Shown: positions 50,438-62,962 of the stretch, piece by piece
How the letters are laid out: every line of letters starts with the position of its first letter
Numbering within the stretch: position 1 is the first letter of the stretch
Assembly (NCBI GenBank): GCA_951406725.2
Contig: OX597816.1
Span: 17,236,001-17,300,000, forward strand
Origin: Octopus vulgaris
Lineage: Eukaryota
DNA length: 64,000 nucleotides
Reading direction: 5' to 3'
Program-made: the position numbers and the translations under genes
The notes under the pieces: generated by a model
The model's input: only the letters and a program-made list of their open reading frames with translations
The model's database searches: none
Told to the model about the DNA's origin: nothing

Positions 50438-50662
50438 GGATATTATTATTAAGTCCTACATTTTTATTAGATTGATCTTAGAATTACAAGATAGCTAAGA
50501 TATACACTCCAGCTTTATTTTAAACTATAGCTTCATTTTAGGCCAATTTTAGGATATTATTATTAAGTCCTACATTTTTATTAGATTGATCTTAGAATTA
50601 CAAGATAGCTAAGATATACACTCCAGCTTTATTTAAAACTATAGTGTCATTTTTAGGCCAAT
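50438..50662. repeat. 114 bp tandem duplication
   Basis: ggatattattattaagtcctac starts at 50438 and at 50552; the two units are nearly identical. Confidence 0.92.
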
Positions 50663-51105
50663 CAGTAATAAGCTGATTAGATATTAGTATACTCTTCGAT
50701 ATAAGGCTAGTTTTGGGGAAGATTTAGCTGTGACAATTCTGCGTACAGAATTGCAGAGTGATTTTGGTTAAAAAAACCAAAAAAAACAGGTAAGACGAAT
50801 GTGTGAAAGGGATTGGGTGCATGTTATTGTCAAGTATGAGGCACAAACAAATCCCCAAAAGATAGATTTTTTTTGGCACAACAGAGTAAATTATAATGCG
50901 ACATCCATTTCACTGAGAATAAAATAATCAACATATAGTCGCCAGCGTGGCTGTGTAGTGAGAAGTTTCTTTCTCAATCACATCGTTCCGAGTTCAGGCC
51001 CAGTGTGTGACAACTTGGGTGAGTATCTTCTGCGATAGCCTTGGGCTGACCAAAGCCTTGTGAGTGGATTTGGTAGACAGAAACTGAAAAAACCCCATGA
51101 TGATG

Positions 51106-51525
51106 ATCATCATCATCAGCACTTAACGTCCGTTTTCCATGCTGGCATGGGTTGGAGGGTTTGACTGAGGATTGGAAAGCCAGGAGGCTGCACCAGGCTC
51201 CAATCTGATCTGGAAAAGGTTTCTACAGCTGGATGGCCCTTCATAACGCCAACCACTCCGAGAATGCAGTGGGTGCTTTTTACATGTTACCAGCACAGGA
51301 GCCAGTCATGTGGCAGTGGCATCAACCGCATTCGAATAGAGCGTTTTACATGCCACTTGCATGGGGAGCCAGTCATCATCATCATTATTGTTTAACGTCT
51401 GTTTTCCAGGCTAGCATGGGTTGAACGGTTCAACTAGGGTCTGGGAAGCCAGGAGGCTGCACCAGGCTCCAGTCTGATCTGGCAGGGTTTCTACAGCTGG
51501 ATGCTCTTCTTGTCACCAACCCTCA
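51106..51525 (-). mobile_element. Two adjacent family C RTE 3' ends
   Basis: Two catcat..ttaacgtc starts at ~51106 and ~51373. Confidence 0.75.
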
Positions 51526-51652
51526 CTCGTTTCCAAGGAAGATAGTATTTTTCCATGGCTGGATATGTTTTCATACAAGACTACAAAACAAGGAGAATCC
51601 AATTCCCTCATCACTTTCAGTCTCTTGATGACCACCAGAATAGTTTCCATAG

Positions 51653-51972
51653 CAGTGGTTCTCAGATAATTTAAAATCTGAATCAGATTCAAAACCTAGA
51701 TTTTTTTTAGGGGTCAGCACCAAAATAGCAAAACACAGGTTGATTAAAGAAATACTTATCATATTAGGTCGAGGAAACAGTTTGTGTGCCATGTTAAAAT
51801 AATGCTTTTTTATATATTTTTGTGGTGTGTGTGTTCATTCAGTTCATTATTTTAATATGGCACGTAAACTTTTTCCTCAACCTAGTATTTATGCAAAGAA
51901 GACTGTTGAGGGCTGCTGAAAGGATGCTTGAAGAATATATGTGGCCCTGGGAGCCGTGGTTGAGAATTGCTG
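51653..51972. mobile_element. Possible hAT-like MITE
   Basis: cagtggttctca / tgagaattgctg termini; the 8 bp flanks match at only 5 of 8 positions. Confidence 0.4.
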
Positions 51973-52071
51973 TTGTGTAGAGTTGGTGCTACAGTTCCTT
52001 TGGAACTGCAGCAAAAATTATGTCATTTCTCCTGACAACAACAAAGCTTTTGGCTGTGTTTTAGCATATTT

Positions 52072-52485
52072 TGGCAAGAGAATACCCTCCATCAGGCATT
52101 TGCCATATTCTGAACGCCTTACTTTCCTGGGTATTGAAATTCCGACGTCTGGCAGCTGACTTGGCAGACACCCATAAAATTATTAACCATCTTACAAACA
52201 ATAACTCTGAGCACCTTTTCAAACTCCACCTATCTAACACCCGTGGACATGATTACAAAGTCAGAAAACAGCATAGCTCCCATGACTTTCGGAAACATTT
52301 TTTTACAATAAGAGTTGCTGAAGCATAGAACAAACTGCCGACATCGGTTGTTAGTTGTCGGAGCACTGCATCCTTCAAAACTTCCATGCTTCCTAAGATT
52401 TGCCAACCTGATTTTCTCCCCTCCATACACATGCAAGCATGTATCTGACTCATACACTGATAACTTCCCAGACATTTGTACATTA
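52072..52485 (+). mobile_element. CR1-like LINE 3' coding fragment and UTR
   Basis: LPYSERL..LG, RRLAADLADTHKII, NTRGHDYKV...RKHFFTIRVAEA*NKLP. A matching terminal UTR piece lies at 56441-56533. Confidence 0.8.
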
Positions 52486-52493
52486 TTATTATT

Positions 52494-52609
52494 CTATGTT
52501 TGAATTTTGCTTTACCTTTGTACAAGTTGGCTCCAAGTCTCACCCAGAGACCTCAAGAGACAAGTTGGAAGTTCATGTTGGTGTTATGCCTAGAATGCCA
52601 TATATTTGG

Positions 52610-52612
<3 letters not shown>
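52494..52612 (-). mobile_element. R4/Dong-like element 3' UTR between (TAA)n tracts
   Basis: Homologous to 54385-54510; (ATT)n on both sides. Confidence 0.7.
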
Positions 52613-52660
<48 letters not shown>

Positions 52661-52944
52661 CATTATTATTATTATTATATCATTTCCTTGGCAGAGTTAC
52701 CTACTTACAGATCTACTCAGGAAAGTAGGGTACTGTGACAGTACTGTATCAGCCACTAGGCAAAATAAACATGTGCTTAGCACATCAAAGGAAGGGGACC
52801 ACCACAGAAATGGTAAATGGTTTACAATACAAAAGAAATCCTTTTAAACTTTCTAAAATAATATTCAAAACGGTGTTTAAGATTAGCATTCAGTGCTGAT
52901 TATAAAAGATATTAGTCAGGATAATTACTAGGGCTTGTATCACT

Positions 52945-53243
52945 TGTGCTGGTACCATTTAAAAAGCCCCATGTGCTGGCAACACATAAGATGCACCTGT
53001 GCTGGGACCACATGAAAAAGCACCATGATGGTGCTACATGTAAAGCATTGGTGCTGGTGGTACATAAAAGAGTACCTCCTATTACTCTGTAAAATGGTTG
53101 GCATTATGAAGGGCATGCAGCCATAGAAACCATGCCAAAACAGATAACTGGAGCTTAGTGCAGCCCTCCAGCTTGCTAGCTCCTGTCAAACCGTCCAACC
53201 TATATCGGAATGGAAAACAGACATTAAATGATGACGATGATGA
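52945..53243 (+). mobile_element. Family C variant with five short tandem units
   Basis: Repeated gtgctgg...aaaagcacc-like units, gaagggcatgcagcc, and a gatgac tail. Confidence 0.65.
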
Positions 53244-53502
53244 GTTTGATACTGCTGCTGCTGCTGCTGTTGTTGTTATTGTTGTTAAGCAACAAGATGG
53301 GTAAAGGTGATTAGGTGATGATCTAGGGCTTAGGGGCAGGAGACCCCAGACCTTGGAAAAAAACCCAAAAAACTTTGGTCGTCTTGTTGTAGTCAAGGGC
53401 TCTTCGTTGACGCCCGACACCACTGGGAGGTGGCCCTCGAAGTCGCTGGAAATGGAGATATCCAGGTCCAAATTCTTGGACGGTTGCTGCTACTGCTGTG
53501 TG

Positions 53503-53537
<35 letters not shown>

Positions 53538-53559
53538 GTGATGGTGATGATGATAATGG

Positions 53560-53602
<43 letters not shown>

Positions 53603-54082
53603 ACAAAACAAAAAAAATTCCCTAATTCATAGAAAACCGAGTTCTATTGGCCCCACTTTTTGATCGGAATTCGCCCCCACCACATTTTTTCCTTCTTCCC
53701 AAAAAGAAAAGCTCTGCCTTGTATTTTGCCCCTTCTGTGTTCAGCCCTGCGTGGCCAATAAATAAATCTATAAGAGGTTTGCATAGTTACGTCTGTGTGT
53801 GTGTGTGTGTAGCAGGGAATTGTCTAACATACATATCAGTGGCTACAAGCTTCCACATCCAGTGAAGTTTGAGTTATGGCAATTACATTACTACAATGTA
53901 CAAATAATAAGACACAACTCATTGATGTGGGTCCAGAAACCATTAACTAATACACATGTGAATGAAGCCAGCCCCTTGCATTCAGCAAGGTTTGCTTCTT
54001 TAGAAGGACTATATTAATACCAACAATAACTCGTAACACACCCAGGAGATAAATCAATGAGTTGTATTATTATTATTATTAT

Positions 54083-54299
54083 AGGGCGGCGAGCTGGCAG
54101 AGACGTTAGCACGCCGGGCAAAGTACTTTGCGGTATTTCGCCCATTGCTACGTTCTGAGTTCGAATTCTGCCTTTCATCCTTTCGGGGTCGATAAATTAA
54201 ATACCAGTTATGCACTGGGGTCGATGTAATCGACTTAACCCGTTTGTCTGTCCTTGTTTGTCCCCTCTATGTTTAGCCCCTTGTGGGTAATAAAGAAAC
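54083..54299 (+). mobile_element. SINE family B inserted in an (ATT)n tract
   Basis: ggcggcgagctggcagag...gggtaataaagaaa. Confidence 0.88.
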
Positions 54300-54300
54300 A

Positions 54301-54350
<50 letters not shown>

Positions 54351-54384
54351 CTTCATCATTATCATTATTATTATTATTATTATT

Positions 54385-54694
54385 CTATCTTTGACTTTTG
54401 CTTTATGTCTGTACAAGTTGGCTCCAAGTCTCACCCAGAGACCTCAAGAGACAACAGGCTGGAAGTTCACGTTGTTGTTATGCCTAGTGTGCCATATATT
54501 TGGGGGGTTTTTTTGGGGTGTTGTACTAGTGAATGTCTAATACATAAATTAAAAAAAAAAAAAGTTTGTTTTAAACCTTGGGATTACATAGAGAGTATTT
54601 TGCATAGGATATGAGCAGTTCCCATGAGCACTATCTTTTGAATTTCTGTCATTTTGGGGTTTCCTAGTATCTGAGCTAGGTAGCAATCAGCCCC
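54385..54694 (-). mobile_element. R4/Dong-like RLE non-LTR retrotransposon 3' end
   Basis: 54694-54584 translates GADCYLAQILGNPKMTEIQKIVLMGTAHILCKILSM* (compare IQKxxLLGTAxILRxVL); flanked by (TAA)n on both sides. Confidence 0.75.
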
Positions 54695-54789
54695 ATTATT
54701 ATTATTGTTATTATTATTATTATTATTATCATTATTATTATTATTATTATGAATGTATTATTGACTATAATAATAATACAGCCAGGATC

Positions 54790-55119
54790 CCTGGTCTGGT
54801 GGTACGTTAAAAGCACTATCCGACTCGTGGCCGATGCCAGCACCGCCTCGACTGGCTTCCGTGCCGGTGGCACATAAAAGACACCAATCTGACCGTGGCC
54901 GTTGCCAGCCTTGCCTGGCACCTGTGCAGGTGGCACGTAAAAAGCACCCACTACACTCACGGAGTGGTTGGCGTTAGGAAGGGCATCCAGCTGTAGAAAC
55001 ATTGCCAGATTAGACTGGAGCCTGGTGCAGCCTTCTGGCTTCCCAGAACCCCGGTCAAACCGTCCAACCCATGCTAGCATGGAGAACGGACGTTAAACGA
55101 TGATGATGATGATGATGAT
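54790..55119 (+). mobile_element. Family C RTE 3' UTR copy with three units
   Basis: Three ggtggYacRtWaaa..cac units and a (GAT)n tail. Confidence 0.85.
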
Positions 55120-55484
55120 ATAATGAATAATAATAGTATATTTTTAATAATAAGATATTATTCATTGGTGTGCATATTAATAATATACACATGAATGAGA
55201 ATAGCATTTCTACAATCAGTGATTCAGTACAAAAGTCATCAATATTAGAAATTATAATAATTGCAAAGGGAATTGCCTGTTTATCATTTTTACGTAGCTA
55301 ATTCTTGTTTAGGAAATGTGCCTTCATAAATCATTTGGGGTGGGAAGCGGGGGAGGGAAGAAGGGCAATAATTCAATGAGATTAAAATTTGTGTAAAAGT
55401 ACAGCGAACTTGTGGTTTGGTTTTTTTTTTTTTTTTTTGCAAAGGTCAAGTGATTCCTACACGAAATACTATTCATTGTCTCAA

Positions 55485-55880
55485 TATTGTCATTGTTATC
55501 GACATTGTCATCATCATCATCTTTAACCTCCTCCTCCTCCCCTCCTTCCTCTCCTCCTCCTCATCGTTGCCGTTGTCATTATTATCATCACCGTCATCAC
55601 CATCATCTTCATTGCCATTGTCTTGATCCTCATCCTGCTTCTCTTTCTCATCATCTTCATCTTTATTGTCACCTCATCCCTGCTATCATCATCATCAGCG
55701 TCGGCGTCATCGTCATCATTATCAGCATTGTCATCACCGTCATCACCATCATCATAATCATAATCATCATCATCACCATCATCATCATCACCGTCGTCAT
55801 CGTCATCATTATCATCATCACCCTCATTACCATCATCATCATCATCATCATCGTCATTGTTGTCGCTCTCATCGTTGTTG
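55485..55880. repeat. Degenerate (CAT)n tract
   Basis: Directly visible. Confidence 0.9.
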
Positions 55881-56322
55881 ATATATTTTAAAGTCTGTTT
55901 TGCCCATGTTGGAATTGGTCAGACAGAATTTGCTGAAGCAGATTTTCTGTAGGTAGATGCTGTAGAAAATCCTCCTCCAAAAAGAGATCCTTTCCCCATC
56001 TCTCACTTATTTCTAAGATTAGAAATGAGTGTTACAATTACGCATGACATCAGGACAAGGAATCATGCATGCACACATCCATCCATCCACAAATGTGCAT
56101 GTATATACACATATACACACACAAACATATACATATATGCATGCATAAATACATACATATATATATATATATATACTATTGAACATTGGGAGGGTCATTT
56201 TGCTGGTAATAATATACACATGGACTGTTCCAGTTCTTTATTGCTATTGCTAGTTAATGGGTTAGTTACTCTGCAAACAAATTTATCAATGAGCTGTTTT
56301 TTACTAGTATTTCTTTCAACAC

Positions 56323-56362
<40 letters not shown>

Positions 56363-56391
56363 CCATGCTTCAAGCAAACTACAATACTCTC

Positions 56392-56431
<40 letters not shown>

Positions 56432-56544
56432 AAACATATATAGACATTTATACATTGCTGTATATACTATATACGCACTTCTGACAAGTTGTAGTGCACC
56501 TGAGCACTGTATACAATAATTTTATTATTATTATATAGTTTGTC

Positions 56545-56603
56545 TTAACTGATGAGATGCCAGAGCAGACTTCAGCCCGGGTGTCTGAAACTCTGAATTT
56601 TAC
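56545..56603 (+). ncRNA. Candidate hammerhead ribozyme
   Basis: taa-CTGATGA (56549)-gatgcc...ggtgtc-t-GAAA (56587)-ctctgaatt-tta; stem III is imperfect. Confidence 0.5.
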
Positions 56604-56740
56604 AATGACAACCAACTAATGGTCACATATTATATTTATAGATAAATTCCTCTATTTTACATAATATCGAGGATTCATTCATTCTTTTGTTGTCATATTA
56701 TTATTATTAATATATATATATAAAATATATAAAATATATT

Positions 56741-57069
56741 GGTACAACAATGCACTATAATAACAACAATGAACTATAATGACTGTTGTAATTTAATTCC
56801 GGAGGGAGCTTCAAGAGACTACTGCAGAAAAGATTCCGAGAAAAAAAAATGTTGGAAAACCGATTATAAGAGTGACTCGGTTAGTTCCTAGGGATATCTG
56901 AAGAAGGAATTTTTGTATTCTGAAATATTATATCAGGCTATGGATGATTAAATTATAACAGTTATTATAGTCCATTGGTGTTATTATAGTGCATTGTTGT
57001 ACCATTCAAAACACGTTATATTTTACGCACAATACACAACACTTCAAGCGAACTACAATACTCTCCTGT
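56741..57069. mobile_element. Long-TIR foldback/MITE remnant
   Basis: ggtacaacaatgcactataat...tgtaatttaa is mirrored at ~56948-57004. The terminus cttcaagcgaactacaatactctcctg-ta has homologous pieces at 16730-16850 and 56367-56392. Confidence 0.65.
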
Positions 57070-57086
57070 ATATATGTATATATATA

Positions 57087-57388
57087 TCATCATCATCGTT
57101 TAACGTCCGTTATTTCATCATAATCATCATCATCACCATCTTTGTTTAACATCCATTTTCCATGGGTTGGACGGTTCGACTGGGATCTGGGAAGCCAGGA
57201 GGCTGCACCAGACTCCAGTCTGATCTGGCAGTGTTTCTGCAACTGGATGCTCTTCCTAACGCCAACCACTCCATGAGTGTAGTGGGTGCTTTTTATGTGC
57301 CACCGGCACAGGGGCCAGAGGAGGCCGGCAACAACCATGATTGGTTGGTGCTTTTTACATGCCACCGGCATGGAAGCCAGTCAAGGAG
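57087..57388 (-). mobile_element. Family C RTE 3' UTR copy
   Basis: Reverse-complement UTR with two units. Confidence 0.8.
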
Positions 57389-57413
57389 GTATATATATAT
57401 GTGTGTGTGTGTC

Positions 57414-57473
<60 letters not shown>

Positions 57474-57720
57474 CACACACACACATTGAGTTTACTGCTG
57501 CAAAATCCGCTTTAGTTGGCTCGAAGCTACAACAGCAGCTCCTTGCACAAGGTGCCATTCACTGAGACAGAACCCAAAACCATATGGATAAAGAGAAGAG
57601 TGTTCTTGATGAAATGCCAATTCAGACTTCTATAATGACAGAAATAAGTCATCATAAAACAAATGGAAATAGTAAAAAGACAGAGCTCAGACAACAATTA
57701 TAAACAGTGAATATATAATA

Positions 57721-57970
57721 GTGGAGGTGCATGGCCTAGTGGTTAGGGTGTCAGCATCATGAACGTAAGATTGTGGTTTCGATTCCTGAACCGGGCGACA
57801 CGTTGTGTTCTTGAGCAAAACACTTCATTTCACGTTGCTCCAGTCCACTCCGCTGGCAAAAATGAGTAACACTGTGATGGACTGGCATCCCGTCCAGCAG
57901 GGGAACACATATGCCACTGAAACCTAGAAACCGGGCCCTTGAGCCTGGCTAGGCTTTAAAAGGGTGCAAA
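57721..57970 (+). mobile_element. tRNA-derived SINE, family G (V-domain-like 3' part)
   Basis: A-box tggcctagtggttag, B-box ggtttcgattcc, tcttgagcaaaacactt, ctgtgatggactggcatcccgtccag. Confidence 0.75.
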
Positions 57971-58307
57971 AGAAAAGAAAAAAGAATATTTAACATCAGA
58001 TAGTACAATATTATTTTATCACAGTATTGTAATACTAGAAAGAGAAATAACTACCAACTACCTCCACCAAGGTAAATGAAACTCTAAAACGGACAACACA
58101 AATATTTCGAAGAAAATTTTCACCAGATTATCTGTGACTCTGAATTTCTGATATCTTAACTAAGACATAAACTTTAAAAAAACGACAGAGAACATTTGTG
58201 TGTCAGGCTAGTTTGGAGTAGAAGCAAAATAACCATTTTCCTGTTTCCATGTTGTCTAAAGTGTAACCTTCCACACCAATGGTATTCTGTTCATTCTACT
58301 ATTTCAG

Positions 58308-58341
58308 GAAGAAGTAATCAGTGGAGGAAACTCACTGAAAC
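58308..58341 (+). CDS. Candidate 34 nt exon
   Basis: ttctgttcattctactatttcag|GAAGAAGTAATCAGTGGAGGAAACTCACTGAAAC|gtaagt; purine-rich and open in two frames. Confidence 0.35.
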
Positions 58342-58550
58342 GTAAGTCTCCTCCTATGAAACGTTATCAGTTTCTCAGCAAAACTAACTCAACCAGTTTT
58401 GGTTTAATAAGAATAGTGTTCATCAGAAACTTGTAATGTCATCTGGTGAAACTTTGAAATTGTGGGAATTGCATAAATCATCAGTTGGTGGGTTTTTTTT
58501 TGTTACAAAGTATTCAAGACCAGAGAAAGCTTTGGAAGAAAAATTTTATA

Positions 58551-58878
58551 CTCTTTTACTCTTTTACTCTTTTTTACTTGTTTCAGTCATTTGACAGTGG
58601 CCATGCTGGAGCACTGCCTTTAGTCGAGTAAATCGACCCCTGGACTTATTCTTTTGTAAGCCTAGTACTTATTCTATTGGGAACTCTTTTGCCGAACCGC
58701 TAGGTTACGGGGACGTAAACACACTGGTATCGGTTGTCAAGTGATGTTGGGGGGACAAACACAGACACACAAACACACACACACACGTGCGCACACACAC
58801 AGACACACACACACACATACACACACATACACACACACGCACGCGCACACACACATGCATATATATATATATATACGA
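58551..58878 (-). mobile_element. SINE family A, 3' part
   Basis: Reverse complement of the tail and internal microsatellite. Confidence 0.8.
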
Positions 58879-59464
58879 CATTGTTGTTAACAAACTTGAT
58901 GCCATGCTTTTCCTTCAAAAGAGAAAGAGAGAGGATTAGCTTTTAGAGACAAAAGCCTCATTATTCGAGAAAGATGCCTTTATGAATAAAGAAAAGCCTC
59001 TCAAATTAAAAAGGAATGCATGCAAGCTCATTACTTACCATCTGATAATTAAAATGAGTTGTGTTGATCAAGTTAAAGAGGCTATTCTAACTGAATGGGA
59101 ATTTTCAAAATGCTGCAGCATGGTCGCAGACACACCTTGTTTATCACACAGAACAAACAGGAGTGGTATTACAATAGATTCATTCCAAATAAAAATTACT
59201 TGCCAATTTGGAGTAAAAGAGTAACATCTTAATTATTTTTATTGCAATCAAATGAAAGGCAACGATGTGACTTGATTAATATTTGATAGCCTAAAACCCC
59301 CATGATACTCCATTCTCTGGTCTGTTTGTGGCCAAGGCTAGGATAACAGGAATAACATGTCTGGTCACTATAAAGACTGGCTGGACATTTTATTATTCAT
59401 TGGCTTTATTTTTTATCTTGCGCTTGTCATGGGTTAAACTTATTTGGAATTAGGGCAGCTGAAT

Positions 59465-59720
59465 CCTCCCCTTCTTCCTCCTCCTCCTCCTCATCATCAT
59501 CATCATCATTGTCGTCATCATCATCATCGTCATCATCATCACCACCACCCCACCTCCACCGCCACATCCACCTCCACCGCCACATCCACCACCACCACCA
59601 CCACCACCACTGCCACCACCACCACTGCCACCGCTGCCACCGCCGCTGCCGCCACCGCCGCCGCCGCCGCCATCGCCATCGCCTTCGTCGTCGTCGTCGT
59701 CATCATCATCATCATCATCA
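59465..59720. repeat. Compound trinucleotide tract (CCT, CAT, CAC, CGC, CGT, CAT)
   Basis: Directly visible. Confidence 0.9.
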
Positions 59721-60100
59721 TTTACAGTCCATTTTCCATGCTGGCATGGGTCGGATGACTTGACAGGAACTGGCAAGGCCTAGAGCTGCACCAGGTTCTA
59801 TTGTCTGTTTCGGCTTGGTTTCTATGCCCGGGTGTCCTGCCTAATGCCAACAATTCCACAAAGTGTACTGGGTGCTTTTTACATCCTACCATCACCAGTG
59901 CTTTTTACGTGGCATCAGCATCCACACCAATGCTTTTACATAGCACCTTGGTTTTAGCATTTCAATTCTGTTGCAGTCGGTAGGCCTCCTTGAGTACATA
60001 ATGCAGCACATATTTTGGTCCTCTGGTGTCTCCTTTGTAAGTGTCAGCATTTTGAGATCAGCCTTCAGTACTTCATCCCACGTCTTCCTGGGTCTCCCTC
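59721..60100 (-). mobile_element. Second RTE subfamily: ORF C-terminus plus 3' UTR
   Basis: GRPRKTWDEVLKADLKML.LT, followed by a family C-like UTR and the (GAT)n tail. Confidence 0.75.
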
Positions 60101-60320
60101 ATGATCACTACTTCCTTTATATCGGTCCAGGATCTCTGCAGCATACTTTTCAGTAGACCACAACAAAGGCAAATTATAAAAAGAAATTGTAGGAATTTCA
60201 CAACATGCTACCTTTGATCTTTGATAGTCAACAAGAGCGAAGCATATTAAACCTGTTGAACTCACATTTGTGGCCAACAATAAGCATTTCTCCCCTTAAC
60301 TTCAGAAACTATTTCAACAT

Positions 60321-60779
60321 AGGTGCAGGAGTGGCTGTGTGGCAAGTAGCTTGCTTACCAACCACATGGTTCTGGGTTCAGTCCTACTGCATGACACATT
60401 GGGCAAGTGTCTTCTACTATAGCCTCAGGCTGACCAAAGCTTTGTGAATGGATCTGGTAGATGAAAACTGAAAGAAACCCGTCATATATATATATATATC
60501 ATCATCATCGTTTAACGTCCGTTTTCCATGCTGGCATGGGTTGGATGGTTCGACCAGGGTCTGGAAAGCCAGGAGACTGCGCCAGGCTCCAGTCTGATCT
60601 GGCAGTGTTTCTATGGCTGGATGCCCTTCCTAATGCCAACCACTCCGTGAGTGTAGTGGGTGCTTTTACGTGCCACTGGCACAGGGACCAGAGGAGGCTG
60701 GCAAATGCCAATGGTCGGTTGGTGCTTTTTACGTGTCACCGACATGGACGCCAGTCAGGCGGTGCTGGCATCAGCCACA

Positions 60780-60870
<91 letters not shown>

Positions 60871-61084
60871 ATGTTTGTGTGTCTGTGTTTGTACACCCAA
60901 CATCACTTAACAACTGATGCTGGTGTGTTTACATCCCTGTCACTTAGCAGTTCAGCAAGAGAGACCAATAGAATAAGTACTAGGGTTACAAAGAATAAGT
61001 CCTGGGGTCGATTTGCTTGACTAAAGGCAGTGCTCCAGCATGGCCACAGTCAAATGACTGAAACAAATAGAAGAAAAAAAGAAT
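60321..61084 (+). mobile_element. SINE family A, full length, with a family C copy (60499-60780, minus) inserted in its central (TA)n
   Basis: A head at 60321-60483 and A tail at 60870-61084, with the C insert between (TA)n tracts. Confidence 0.85.
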
Positions 61085-61576
61085 ATAAAGGCATACAAAT
61101 CTATTTAAATTCCTTTGAGTAAATCACCATGACATCAATTTGGATTAAAATTTTTAACATTAATTTATTATTGCAATGTTTTTATTGAAACCAACAATCT
61201 CGTGGGAAATACTTTGTTAAAAATATTGGAATATATGTTGTAAATATATTTTCCCACAAGAAATAGAAGATGGAAAACAAAGTTCTTAGGTGAAATAGCA
61301 AAAATATTGCAGATACATACTTGTATGATCCAGATTAGGTTTTGGGGTGAACTTTTCCACACCATGTTTGATTCAATCATTTTAAACATTGGTATCAAAT
61401 CTTGGCACATTGCCAGCAATTTCAGTGGATAGGGTATGTGGATTACATTGACTCACCCCCATCCCATTGATCATCTGGTACTTGTTTTATTGATGCTGAA
61501 AAGATGAGCAGTAAAATCGGTCTCCTTGGAATTTGAACTCAGAACGGATGAAGACGGATGAAATGCCACTAAGTAT

Positions 61577-61838
61577 TGCCAGCCTCTGGTCGCTGCCAGC
61601 CTCCGGCCGCTGCCAGCCTCCCTTAGCCCCTGTGCTGGTGGCACATAAAAAGCACCTACTACACTCACAGAGTGGTTGACGTAAGGAAGGGCATCCAGCT
61701 GCCAGATCAGACTGGAGCCTGGTGCAGCCTCCTGGCTTCCGAGACCCTGGTCGAACTGTTCAACCCATGCTAGCATGGGAAACAGACATTAAACGACGAC
61801 GACGACGAGGATGACGATGATGATGATGATGATGATGA
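61577..61838 (+). mobile_element. Family C RTE 3' UTR copy
   Basis: Three gccagcctc units, gtggcacataaaaagcacc, and a (GAC/GAT)n tail. Confidence 0.8.
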
Positions 61839-62216
61839 TTAATGAATCTGCTAACTTGCTACTTTCATCATTTCAAATATTCCAAGACAATTTCTGTACT
61901 TCTGCTTCTTATTTCAATAATTCATTTGGATTGGTTCGGAAACATTCTGCAATAGAATCTGATCAGATTGAGCCCAATGTTAATCAATTGTGTGAAATAT
62001 ATCAATATATCAATTCATATAAAAGATGAAATATTTCATTTAAAATCAATACTCAAATCATATATTTCTCCAAATCAAATTCCTTTACCAATTGAATTAT
62101 TAAACAAATTTACTGAACTACATCGTGTAGTACTATTCCATAATATAATTAAAGCACTTTGGATATTTTTCTTGTTTAATGGTCACAGTTGGATAGACAG
62201 AAAGATCTATCTGTGT

Positions 62217-62633
62217 CAGGGCAGCAAGCTGGCAGAAACGTTAGCACGCCGGGTGAAATGCTTAGCGGTATTTTGTCTGCCGCTACGTTCTGAGTTCAAA
62301 TTCTGCCAAGGTCGACTTTGCCTTTCATCCTTTCGGGGTCGATAAATTAAGTACCAGTCACGCACTGGGGTCGATGTAATCGACTTAATACCTATGTCTG
62401 TCCCTGTTTGTATCCTCTGTGTTTAGCCCCTTGTGGGTAATAAAGAAATAGGTATTTTGTCTGCCGCTACGTTCTGGGTTCAAATTCTGCCAAGGTCGAC
62501 TTTGCCTTTCATCCTTTCGGGGTCGATCAATTAAGTACCAGTTACATACTGGGGTCGATATAATCGACTTAATCTCTTTTTCTGTCCTTGTTTGTCCCCT
62601 CTATGTTTAACCCCTTTGGACAATAAAGAAATA
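62217..62633 (+). mobile_element. SINE family B partial dimer with 18 bp TSD
   Basis: A full unit plus a second unit starting at ggtattttgtctg (62451). agaaagatctatcWgtgt lies at 62199-62216 and 62634-62651. Confidence 0.88.
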
Positions 62634-62962
62634 AGAAAGATCTATCAGTGTTTTACCCTGTAAGGTAGGATTCATGGCAGACGAACTGCAGACAGATACT
62701 TCTCTGTGGGCTTGCTAGGAAGTTGGTCAGCAGGAAAGAAGAGGACTTCCAGGTGGAGAATGATAACAGAAGAATGTCAGCAGCATGTGTGAAATGAATC
62801 TGAGGGAACTATACAAATATAACTGATGACTTAAGCCCTATTGTACCTAAAGTAATAAACCTTTAGTAAATGCATACTTATCTCCACTTGTTTGTTTATG
62901 TATAACTTCACAAAGCTATAAGCCCATATTAAGAATATATGTATGTGTGTGTATATGTTTGT

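Noticed and set aside
52945-53078. Repeat-spacer-like array resembling CRISPR
   Set aside because: The units are degenerate, belong to the RTE 3' UTR module, and lie in a eukaryotic context with no cas genes.
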